The notes below the pieces were generated by a model, which did no database searches, was not told the origin of the DNA, and saw nothing but the letters and a program-made list of their open reading frames with translations. Positions 56,284 to 64,000 of a stretch of DNA of 64,000 nt are shown here, one piece after another (position 1 is the stretch's first letter; every line of letters begins with the position of its first letter). Origin of the DNA: a virus; IMG/VR virus record IMGVR_UViG_3300025131_009354, positions 11,611-75,610 of that record; one strand, given 5' to 3'. Both the position numbers and the translations under genes were made by a program.

Positions 56284-57236
56284 GTGTTTTTACTCCCCTC
56301 GAACTCATCATGTTCCAGACTCATAATGGAGTTTTTAGCAGGCTAGACTTAGTTGTCCGTTATCTTTATTTAGAAGGGCTATACGGAGAAAAGGATTTCA
56401 AGGAGTGTCTTGATTTATATGAAAAAATGCAGCTTCAGCGCGCAGGAACAACATACCATATCAGTGGACGTCCGTGTAAGGAAGAATTCGAGATATTATC
56501 TGAAAGCTTTAAAGCCAGTGGGTATTTAGATGAATTCCCTCTGTTGGTTAATGAGGCTGGACATCTCATAAACTCTTCACACCGAGCCGCATGTTCTTTA
56601 TATTTTGAAATAGAAAAGTTGCCATATGAAATAGTGAAAGACTGGCGATCGGCCATTGTAAATAAGAAAGCACAAAAAAAGACATATCTAGAGTACGGGA
56701 ATGCTTGGTTTGAAGAGAATGATTTTTCAAAAGAAGAGATGAATATTATTCATACTAAGAGGAAAGAACTATTTCTATCGGTTGGGCACTGTTTTATTTT
56801 TGTTCTGTGGGATCCCGCAAAAGATGTTTATAAAGAGATTACAAAGGACATAGAAAAAGACTTTGAAATTTTAAAAGTTAGCGACTTCGAAATCAAAGAT
56901 AAACAAAAATATGTAGAACTCGGGCTAGAACTTTATAAACCAGATGATATTCGAGAGTGGAAACTAAAAGAGAAGTTTGAGAACATGGGCTCTTATAAGA
57001 ATATTCGCATTATATATGCCCATAGATGGACACCAACATTCCGAAATAAAACACAGGAACCAAATAAGATACTTTGTAAAGAGGTCGAAAAGGTTAAAAA
57101 ACACATTAGAGAAACATACAAAGAGAACATCCCAGATTACTACTTTGATAACATAGTACATGCTGGTGACAACTTCGACCATACATCACAGATGATCGAA
57201 ACAATTAAAAATTTTGAAAAACAAAATGAAAGTTAA
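56280..57236 (+). CDS. ParB/Srx-like plus NDK-like domain protein
   Basis: SFKASGY..PLLV...NSSHRAA; KKHIRE...NIVHAGDN. Confidence 0.45.
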   Translation: MSVFTPLELIMFQTHNGVFSRLDLVVRYLYLEGLYGEKDFKECLDLYEKMQLQRAGTTYHISGRPCKEEFEILSESFKASGYLDEFPLLVNEAGHLINSSHRAACSLYFEIEKLPYEIVKDWRSAIVNKKAQKKTYLEYGNAWFEENDFSKEEMNIIHTKRKELFLSVGHCFIFVLWDPAKDVYKEITKDIEKDFEILKVSDFEIKDKQKYVELGLELYKPDDIREWKLKEKFENMGSYKNIRIIYAHRWTPTFRNKTQEPNKILCKEVEKVKKHIRETYKENIPDYYFDNIVHAGDNFDHTSQMIETIKNFEKQNES

Positions 57237-57636
57237 CCACCTAACACAGTTTAAAGAATTTATAACAGAGACACAACTTTCCCCAGATGATTTTTGTATA
57301 GTAGGGTCTGCTGTTTTGGCAACCCTGGGGATACGAGAGAATAATGATGTTGATTTTATCTGTCTTCGTCAAAATCGAGAAGAGATTAAAGAACTTTTAA
57401 ATAAAAGAAAAGATAAATACAACAAAGTTGATCTCGTTAAAGAAGACTGGATTTTTTTCGATGAGAATTATACAGACGATATATTAATCAATAGTCAAGA
57501 TAATCATTATAATGAATATGGGCTTAAATTTGTAAATATTGAACTGCTTTTCCGACGCAAGAGTGTCACTATGCGCAAAAAAGATAAGATGGATTTAGAT
57601 AAGATAAGGGAATATATTGATAGAAGCGAGAATTGA
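57226..57636 (+). CDS. minimal nucleotidyltransferase-like protein
   Basis: IVGSAVLATLGIRENNDVDF, RKKDKMD. Confidence 0.6.
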   Translation: MKVNHLTQFKEFITETQLSPDDFCIVGSAVLATLGIRENNDVDFICLRQNREEIKELLNKRKDKYNKVDLVKEDWIFFDENYTDDILINSQDNHYNEYGLKFVNIELLFRRKSVTMRKKDKMDLDKIREYIDRSEN

Positions 57637-58111
57637 GGAAGTTATATTCGGGCCAGAGGAGAATATTTCTGATTTTGTCATTGGTGAAATAAACAAAGCA
57701 AAAAACACAGTAGACATTATGGCTTTTTGGTTCACTTGGTTGCCAATTGCAGAGAGTGTTGTGATGGCAAGCAAAAGAGGGGTAAAAGTAAAGATTATAG
57801 TTGATGAGCGCAGCGTCGAGAAAAAACAGAAAGATGTCCATAAAAATGAAATTGAAGTTGTACCATATTTTTTAGATAATAATTTAAGAAATATGGTTAA
57901 AATATATAGCGGAGAGCTTTTACATTATAAGACTGTGCTAATAGATGATAACATTGTTTTAAATGGGACATGTAATTTTTTTAACGGGTCTCTCAATCGC
58001 CACGAGGAACATTACATGAAAATTATAAGCAAAGAATTGAAATTAGTGTTTGATAAGCAATTCAATAAATTGTGGAATGAAAAATCTTATTTGGCAGAGG
58101 GAAAGAAATGA
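57617..58111 (+). CDS. phospholipase D-family (single HKD) nuclease/phosphodiesterase
   Basis: LHYKTVLIDD...GTCNF. Confidence 0.8.
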   Translation: MIEARIEEVIFGPEENISDFVIGEINKAKNTVDIMAFWFTWLPIAESVVMASKRGVKVKIIVDERSVEKKQKDVHKNEIEVVPYFLDNNLRNMVKIYSGELLHYKTVLIDDNIVLNGTCNFFNGSLNRHEEHYMKIISKELKLVFDKQFNKLWNEKSYLAEGKK

Positions 58112-58243
58112 AGTCAGTCTACGGGGACGATTGCCTAACTTTTTTAACAGCCTCATCAGGAGATTTAAAGTCAATATAGACGAGTATGAGAAGTTAGCCG
58201 GAAATATAAAACCATTAATGGATTTTTTAGTGAAAGTAGAATT

Positions 58244-58576
58244 ATGATTATTTACGTTGACATAGATGAAACTATATGTTATCATGAGGATGAAGAGACC
58301 TCAAAAGCACGAGATTATACAAAAGCTATGCCCTATAAAGAACGTATACAAAAAATAAATAACCTATACGACAATGGAAATACAATTGTATATTGGACAG
58401 CTAGAGGATCTGTTACTGGGCTAGACTGGACAGATTTGACGGCTGCGCAGCTAAAGAAGTGGGGAGCAAAACACCACGACCTTAAGCTTGGTAAACCTCA
58501 ATATGATTTATTCATTGATGATAAGAACATCAATTCTGAAGAGTTTTTTAAAGGAGAAAAAAATGAAACTATCTAA
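58244..58576 (+). CDS. minimal HAD phosphatase (capsule-biosynthesis type)
   Basis: VDIDET, WTARG, GKP, IDDK. Confidence 0.85.
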   Translation: MIIYVDIDETICYHEDEETSKARDYTKAMPYKERIQKINNLYDNGNTIVYWTARGSVTGLDWTDLTAAQLKKWGAKHHDLKLGKPQYDLFIDDKNINSEEFFKGEKNETI

Positions 58577-58754
58577 TCAAGCGATTGGCGCTCTTATGGT
58601 AACACTCCAGAAGTGCTTGGCCGAACAGGCAGATATGACTGAACTGTTGTCTGATTGGGATCTAGAGGTAAAGGACGATGAAGTTATTGTTCTTAATCCA
58701 CCGTCATACAAAGTTGATACCCTAGGCTTGGATATCGACCCGCAGAATGCCTAA
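58563..58754 (+). CDS. conserved small phage protein
   Basis: MKLSNQAIGALMVTLQK; AAGGAG SD. Confidence 0.55.
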   Translation: MKLSNQAIGALMVTLQKCLAEQADMTELLSDWDLEVKDDEVIVLNPPSYKVDTLGLDIDPQNA

Positions 58755-59013
58755 GTATGACTACCAGTGTTTAGATTGTCAAGAACAATTTGAACTTAGA
58801 CACTCTTATAAGTTTACAGAAGCGCAGTGCTCTTCCTGTAAATCCTGCAAGGTGACAAAGGTATTGTCAAGTGTTAGCAATATCTTAAAGAAAGGAAACT
58901 CTCGCAAAGGAACCCAAAAGGCGGGAGAAGAAGTTGAAAAAGCAATAGAAGATGGCAAAAAAGAACTTCTTGCCTCAAAGAAAGATATACAAGGGAAGGT
59001 ATATAAAAAATGA
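58747..59013 (+). CDS. FmdB-family zinc-ribbon protein
   Basis: MPKYDYQCLDC...F...CSSC. Confidence 0.75.
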   Translation: MPKYDYQCLDCQEQFELRHSYKFTEAQCSSCKSCKVTKVLSSVSNILKKGNSRKGTQKAGEEVEKAIEDGKKELLASKKDIQGKVYKK

Positions 59014-59342
59014 TAACATACTCTCTCGCACTTATTTGTATTATTATTTCTGTTGCTTTGGGTATCATGGTCTGGTATGTCCGTAGGCTACTGTCTTCTA
59101 TAAGGGAAACTTATTCTTTTGTCCGTGCAGTTTTGTCGAATGTTGAAGAATACTTTGAGCACTTAGAGAAAGTATATAATATGGAAACATTTTATGGAGA
59201 TAGCGTGTTGAGCGGGTTACTAGAGCACACAAAGAATCTCAAAGAAGAGTTGAACAACGCAGTCAGATCAGGGAATGATTTTTTTGGGGATGAAAATACC
59301 CAAAGCTCCACAGCACCCGAGGAAGAACTGGCCAATGACTAA
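59010..59342 (+). CDS. membrane-anchored coiled-coil protein
   Basis: N-terminal TM; METFYGDSVL motif. Confidence 0.55.
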   Translation: MITYSLALICIIISVALGIMVWYVRRLLSSIRETYSFVRAVLSNVEEYFEHLEKVYNMETFYGDSVLSGLLEHTKNLKEELNNAVRSGNDFFGDENTQSSTAPEEELAND

Positions 59343-60063
59343 AGTAAAAACCAAGGCAAAGACTAGAGCACCAGCTAAGCCGGGAGCAAAAAAGAAAAAG
59401 AAGAATTATTACTTCACGCAAGAAACAGAAAATGCTATCTTAGAATATTGTGCAACACAGAGCACCTCTGAGCGAAGCCAGCTTTATATTAAACACATCC
59501 AGCCAGCCTTCGATGAGTTGGTAAACAAGATCGTGTATACTTATAAGTTTAACTCACTAGAGAATATCGAATATCACAAGGATGACTGTAAAATATGGCT
59601 AACCACAATTCTAGGAAAATTTGACCCAACCCAGGGAACCAAGGCCTTCTCTTATTTTTCTGTAGTAACTAAAAATTGGTTTACTCATAAAGCTAAAACG
59701 CAGACAAAAAAGAATAAAAGAGAAATTAATTACGACTCAATGATCCGAGAAGTAGAAATAGCCACCAAAACAACAGATGTATACGACGACGCTGAAGAGG
59801 CCCAGTTTTGGATATTTTTAATGAAAGAAATTGAATCATGGGATAATATTAAATTAAAACCAAACGAAAAGAAGGTCTTAGACGCAATTACCACCTTGAT
59901 GTCTAATATAGAACAAATTGAGATTTTCAACAAGAAGGCGATCTACCTGTATATGAGAGAGATCACAGGGCTAAATACCAAGCAGATAGTTAGCTGTCTC
60001 AATAAGATGAGAGCCAAATATCGCCTGTTTAAAAAGAAATGGGACGAAGGAGAAATCAACTGA
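59335..60063 (+). CDS. phage sigma-factor-like protein (T4 gp55-like late sigma)
   Basis: YFTQETENAI..Y; KFDPTQGTKAFSYFS (region-2-like); C-terminal HTH-like segment. Confidence 0.6.
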   Translation: MTKVKTKAKTRAPAKPGAKKKKKNYYFTQETENAILEYCATQSTSERSQLYIKHIQPAFDELVNKIVYTYKFNSLENIEYHKDDCKIWLTTILGKFDPTQGTKAFSYFSVVTKNWFTHKAKTQTKKNKREINYDSMIREVEIATKTTDVYDDAEEAQFWIFLMKEIESWDNIKLKPNEKKVLDAITTLMSNIEQIEIFNKKAIYLYMREITGLNTKQIVSCLNKMRAKYRLFKKKWDEGEIN

Positions 60064-60078
60064 GATCCTATTTACTGT

Positions 60079-60369
60079 ATGAAAAAAGATTTAAACTCAC
60101 TAATTGAGCAAGCCCTGGATAATATCAACAAAGATCGCCAGGAAACAGAAACCCTTCTGCAAAACCTCAAAGAATATATGCATGTCTCATCTGACCGGTA
60201 TTCCGATTCGGGCCCCGTTGCTGCTAAATTTGTAGAAACTTTGCAAAGAAGTAATGAACAATTAGTTAAGCTAGCGACATTAGTTTATAAGAAAGATTCG
60301 ACTCAAAACCAACAAGGATTATCAGAAGACGACAAGAAAGAACTCTTTGATCTGATAAAGGAGGAATAA
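60079..60369 (+). CDS. conserved helical phage protein
   Basis: KFVETLQRSNEQLVKLA; preceded by CCTATTTAC. Confidence 0.55.
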   Translation: MKKDLNSLIEQALDNINKDRQETETLLQNLKEYMHVSSDRYSDSGPVAAKFVETLQRSNEQLVKLATLVYKKDSTQNQQGLSEDDKKELFDLIKEE

Positions 60370-61680
60370 ATGGCTACTCCTCCTTATCTTGGAAATAATC
60401 GGGTTCTTGGAAATAAACAGATAATTGAAGATCATACCCTGCCAATTACCAATACCGTCTATAATGAGGATGGGCCAATAGAGGCAGTCAAGGCAGCCAC
60501 TGCGGCATACTCCATGACTAAAGCAAAAACCTCCTGGAAATGGGTTCAAATAAAAGAACTCTTAGGAGATACTGATGGCTCTGAAACCAGAGACCACCAA
60601 CAAAGGGCGGCCGACTCAGAGCAGGGCGCACAAGTCCTAGGAAGACCATTTTCGGATTCTACATACGCATGTATTCCAACGCTACCTGTCGCTGACGGCG
60701 AATCAAATATATGGATACCCAGATGGGACTGTCCAAAACAGTGGATACAAATGGCTAAGCCTGGCAGTTGGGCTAGAGTAAGCTTATATACTCCGTCCTC
60801 CCATGCTCCTAAGTTTTCTTGTCTGGGTGGCAGCACTGACCCTGAAGGAATTGTAATAGAAATTGTAGAAGCCGGCGCAATAGATGCCCCACTCCCACCA
60901 GCGAAACGCTCATCATCTGAGCAGGCCAAGTTCAGGAAGGCTTGTGAGGTTCCGCGCACCGGCGCAGAATTGAAACGACCAAATGGAGGGAGAAAGTCAG
61001 CCGTAAAACCAAAGTGTGCGCTAGCTTGGAATAGAAGAACTGAGGATCTGCCTAATCTTAATGATCCTGGCGGAGAATATCCAATGCACCCAGCGACGAA
61101 AAAATTTGCCACATCTACAAAACCCTTCGAAGACAGCCTGATCAGACCCTTAACAGAGCAGGCAGATTATGGACCAAGAATACATCCCGTAACAAAAAAA
61201 CCATCATACCATCCGGGAGTAGATTTTAATGTGGGAAACTCAGGCCCGATCATCGGCAAAGCGTGTTATGCCGCTCTTGACGGGCAGGTCGCTGCATCTG
61301 GAGTAAGCCCCACATGGGGAGTTTATATTATTCTAAGGCATGGTCCATTTTATGACTTAGTTTCGACAGAGACCTATTCCGCATCGAGTAAAAAGTATAA
61401 AAGAACCTTAAAGGGTACTCAACTTTTTACCATTTATTGCCATCTCGATCAATCTGGGACAAAAGTTCGTCCCCCTCAGCGCGTCGCCCGCGGCGAACAG
61501 ATTGCCGTCTTTGACAACACTGGACGTTCAACCGAGCCACACTTGCACTTTGAGGTGCTATGGGGTGGAATTACTGGTAAGTTTACTGGCTATAATAAAA
61601 TGCCCCGAACCGACCCTATGATATTCTTTAATAGTAGCTTCACTCGTAACGGGACATTCACAAAGAGCAAATCCTCATGA
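60370..61680 (+). CDS. M23 peptidase-domain protein, probably baseplate/tail-associated
   Basis: YGPRIHP, HPGVDF, YCHL, TGRSTEPHLHFEV. Confidence 0.82.
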   Translation: MATPPYLGNNRVLGNKQIIEDHTLPITNTVYNEDGPIEAVKAATAAYSMTKAKTSWKWVQIKELLGDTDGSETRDHQQRAADSEQGAQVLGRPFSDSTYACIPTLPVADGESNIWIPRWDCPKQWIQMAKPGSWARVSLYTPSSHAPKFSCLGGSTDPEGIVIEIVEAGAIDAPLPPAKRSSSEQAKFRKACEVPRTGAELKRPNGGRKSAVKPKCALAWNRRTEDLPNLNDPGGEYPMHPATKKFATSTKPFEDSLIRPLTEQADYGPRIHPVTKKPSYHPGVDFNVGNSGPIIGKACYAALDGQVAASGVSPTWGVYIILRHGPFYDLVSTETYSASSKKYKRTLKGTQLFTIYCHLDQSGTKVRPPQRVARGEQIAVFDNTGRSTEPHLHFEVLWGGITGKFTGYNKMPRTDPMIFFNSSFTRNGTFTKSKSS

Positions 61681-62699
61681 CAGATTTCCCAGATATATCT
61701 AAAAAAGCAAAAGCCTCGCTGGGCACCGCCGCAGCGCAAGCCGCCTTATCCGAAAATGATGCCCTAGACAAAACAATGAAGGGACTTGTCTCTGGAATGA
61801 AATTAGCAGTTGACAGGGCTATGAGCTTTCGTCAACGAGCTACAAAAGAAGGTGGGTTATATAATAGTAATATTTTAGAGGCGGTACCCCACTTTAGGTT
61901 TACCGAAGCCGAGGGAGCCGCGTTAGCCGATGGTGGACTCAAGGGGAAACACAATACTTTTATAATCTTTGGGCGTGATCGTCCAGGTAGCGCCGACTCT
62001 GGCGGTGGAGCATCCCCAACAACCCACAACGGGTGTATCGATATCATAGCAGGACTTTCAGGAGTTCAAGCAAGAGAGATTGACAGACCTGGCGGGGAAA
62101 AAGTACTAACAAACAAAAGCACAGAATTAGATGCAGCAAGAATTTATATCACTCAGAAAGCCGCCGGCCCTGCTGGTATTGACGGAAGAGAGTATTTCAA
62201 TATTGCACCAGGAAAGAATATTGGACATATTCCGAATAGGTCAGCCATTGTGGTTAAGGCAGATTCTGTCCGCATCGTTGGACGGGAAGGGATTAAATTT
62301 GTAACTGGCGATGTTTATAACGGATCTTTAGGGTTGAATATAAAAAATAAGATCAAGGGAATTGAATTGATTGCTGGCAATAACAGCGCCGATCAACAGC
62401 CCCTGGTCAAGGGAGACGACTTAAAATTTGTTCTAGACTCTTCACTACATGATATGAAACAACTGCACTCCTCGGTTTCAACTCTTTATAACTTAGTTGT
62501 GTATTTTATACTTTCATTTGTAGACCCTACTGGTTTTGCCGCTTCCCGTTTGAACGGCGCTCTGAGAGAACTTCCACAAGAGTTCGTAAATCTCTGGATT
62601 CAGGAAATAAACTATATAATTCACGAGCTTAATTATAACACCGAGAAAAACCCTTGGGCAGCTTATAATTTTAAGAGTCGTTTTAATACGACCAATTAG
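61677..62699 (+). CDS. putative baseplate hub/spike protein
   Basis: IIFGRDR, IDIIAG, DAARIYITQK, KADSVRIVGREGIK, QPLVKGD motifs. Confidence 0.55.
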   Translation: MTDFPDISKKAKASLGTAAAQAALSENDALDKTMKGLVSGMKLAVDRAMSFRQRATKEGGLYNSNILEAVPHFRFTEAEGAALADGGLKGKHNTFIIFGRDRPGSADSGGGASPTTHNGCIDIIAGLSGVQAREIDRPGGEKVLTNKSTELDAARIYITQKAAGPAGIDGREYFNIAPGKNIGHIPNRSAIVVKADSVRIVGREGIKFVTGDVYNGSLGLNIKNKIKGIELIAGNNSADQQPLVKGDDLKFVLDSSLHDMKQLHSSVSTLYNLVVYFILSFVDPTGFAASRLNGALRELPQEFVNLWIQEINYIIHELNYNTEKNPWAAYNFKSRFNTTN

Positions 62700-62706
62700 G
62701 AAGAAG

Positions 62707-64000
62707 ATGGCACTCACGCAAGCACAAAAAAACATTGTTAATCCATCCGCCCGAACATATTCGGATCCTGAGAATGATCCTACACGGAATGGAGTAGGGT
62801 ATGCATATGATCAGTGGAGAAATAAGTTTGTCTTAAATGCTATTCATGAATCTTATATATCTTATTACGAGTTTCCCGCTGCTGGGATGCGCCTGTTCCC
62901 AAATCATATAGGGGAAAGGATCGAGCCCGAAAATCCTCTACCAAGAGAGCAACAAGAGCAAGAGCAGGAAGAAGACCAGAACAGGCTTTTCAGGCTCCCA
63001 TTCCAGCCTCCAAACATCGACCTCGGGGTACAAATAATAACAGACGATGATCTTTACGCATATTGCGCCTTACACCCACAGAATGGAAAAGTTGTTTCAA
63101 GCGACGATGGCACTTTATCTATTACTGTATTATCAGAAGAAGAAGCAAATGAGCAGCTTAATAAAATATATAGAATTAGTGACGCACGCATAAACTATGT
63201 CACTAACTCGGCACCCCTCTCTTTTGACCCCGATAAACCCGAGGGACGATATAAGCTCATACACATAGACCCTCACCACTCAGCAGAATATATTGCGCAG
63301 CTAAGAAAGGCTATCGGAAAAGAAGACACGCCGCCGCTAGCAACATACTCTTCTATATCTATGGCTAGTACAATCTTGGCCCCTGAGATTACAGGGTATA
63401 TCTCGACAGACGCAAATGTAGATTTAGACGACTGGACAAACAATTGTAATCCAGGCACAGAAACATCTAAGACATATTATAGCGCTAGGGATCAAAAGTT
63501 CTACTACACCAAAAGAACAAGACAGACCTCACCAGATTATTATGATCTTTCTTTTTATGAGGAAGATAGTGAAGATGATATGGAGAGGGTTGGCTTTCGA
63601 ACAGTCAAGGGGAATATCGAGCGCGCTCTTTTCACTGGTGTCAAAGAGATTCTATTATCAGTTGGAAAATTCAGTCATGAGAACAGAAAGTCCATATTGA
63701 ACTCCCGCCCGAAGAAAGCATATTTCCTTTCTAACTTAGATATTCGCCCAACTTCCCGCTGGACATTCTCAGTTCAAATTGACAGAGAGGTTATTGACAA
63801 TCTTGGTGGCGTAGATAATATGTCATATGAAGAAGAGGAGTTGACAGTCCTTCAAAAGGCCGAGGTATTGATGAACCCCGAGAAAACTGTCATTGCCCAT
63901 CATGAAACATATGTTTTCGATGATCTACTACAATACCTTAGGTCTACTAGGATCCTATTGGAGGGTTATGTTACCAGCATGTCCGAAGAGGGAGTTTATT
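62707..64000 (+). CDS. large hypothetical (probably structural) protein, truncated by window end
   Basis: ATG 62707 after AGGAAG; MALTQAQKNIV...; no complete ORF in the track, consistent with running off the end. Confidence 0.55.
   Translation, partial: MALTQAQKNIVNPSARTYSDPENDPTRNGVGYAYDQWRNKFVLNAIHESYISYYEFPAAGMRLFPNHIGERIEPENPLPREQQEQEQEEDQNRLFRLPFQPPNIDLGVQIITDDDLYAYCALHPQNGKVVSSDDGTLSITVLSEEEANEQLNKIYRISDARINYVTNSAPLSFDPDKPEGRYKLIHIDPHHSAEYIAQLRKAIGKEDTPPLATYSSISMASTILAPEITGYISTDANVDLDDWTNNCNPGTETSKTYYSARDQKFYYTKRTRQTSPDYYDLSFYEEDSEDDMERVGFRTVKGNIERALFTGVKEILLSVGKFSHENRKSILNSRPKKAYFLSNLDIRPTSRWTFSVQIDREVIDNLGGVDNMSYEEEELTVLQKAEVLMNPEKTVIAHHETYVFDDLLQYLRSTRILLEGYVTSMSEEGVY

Overview
This window is best read as a 64-kb segment of a large lytic tailed dsDNA bacteriophage (T4-like or jumbo type, standard genetic code). 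Almost all genes are on the + strand, apart from one short inverted cassette at about 33.96-36.0 kb. Evidence: dense small ORFs; repeated sigma70-type early promoters; a gp55-like sigma factor; virion and baseplate-type genes; six tRNAs and a complete tmRNA; no ribosomal or housekeeping operons. Left part (1-18 kb, 26-30 kb): early/accessory genes, including glutaredoxin, ClpP, a lytic transglycosylase, an RNase H-like protein, GapR-like and Hc1-like DNA binders, a MoxR-type AAA ATPase with a DUF2201 peptidase-vWA partner, an FKBP, an Smr protein, a PilX-like protein and about 15 paralogous 'GDLV' SH3/KOW-like mini-proteins. 18-20.7 kb and 37.8-42.2 kb: proteins with a shared basic amphipathic leader ending in (I/L)xE, probably a capsid-targeting/protease signal; they include a Pol-beta nucleotidyltransferase and a 1120-aa three-enzyme 'polyprotein'. 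20.7-27.3 kb: a complete yeaH-spoVR-prkA(yeaG) module, cysK and a eukaryote-type phosphomannomutase. 30.2-31.3 kb: tRNAs with tilS next to its tRNA-Ile2 substrate, plus a rare A34 tRNA-Ser(AGA). 42.4-45.6 kb: tmRNA, PhoH, a zincin and a PD-(D/E)XK nuclease. 45.6-58.6 kb: a 13-kb heptose/nonulosonic-acid glycosylation island. 59-64 kb: sigma factor and baseplate-type genes. A Cys-rich repeat/vWA lipoprotein, the PilX-like gene and the codon pattern suggest a GC-rich Myxococcota/deltaproteobacterial host (inference). All calls come from motif recognition by eye; no database search was run.
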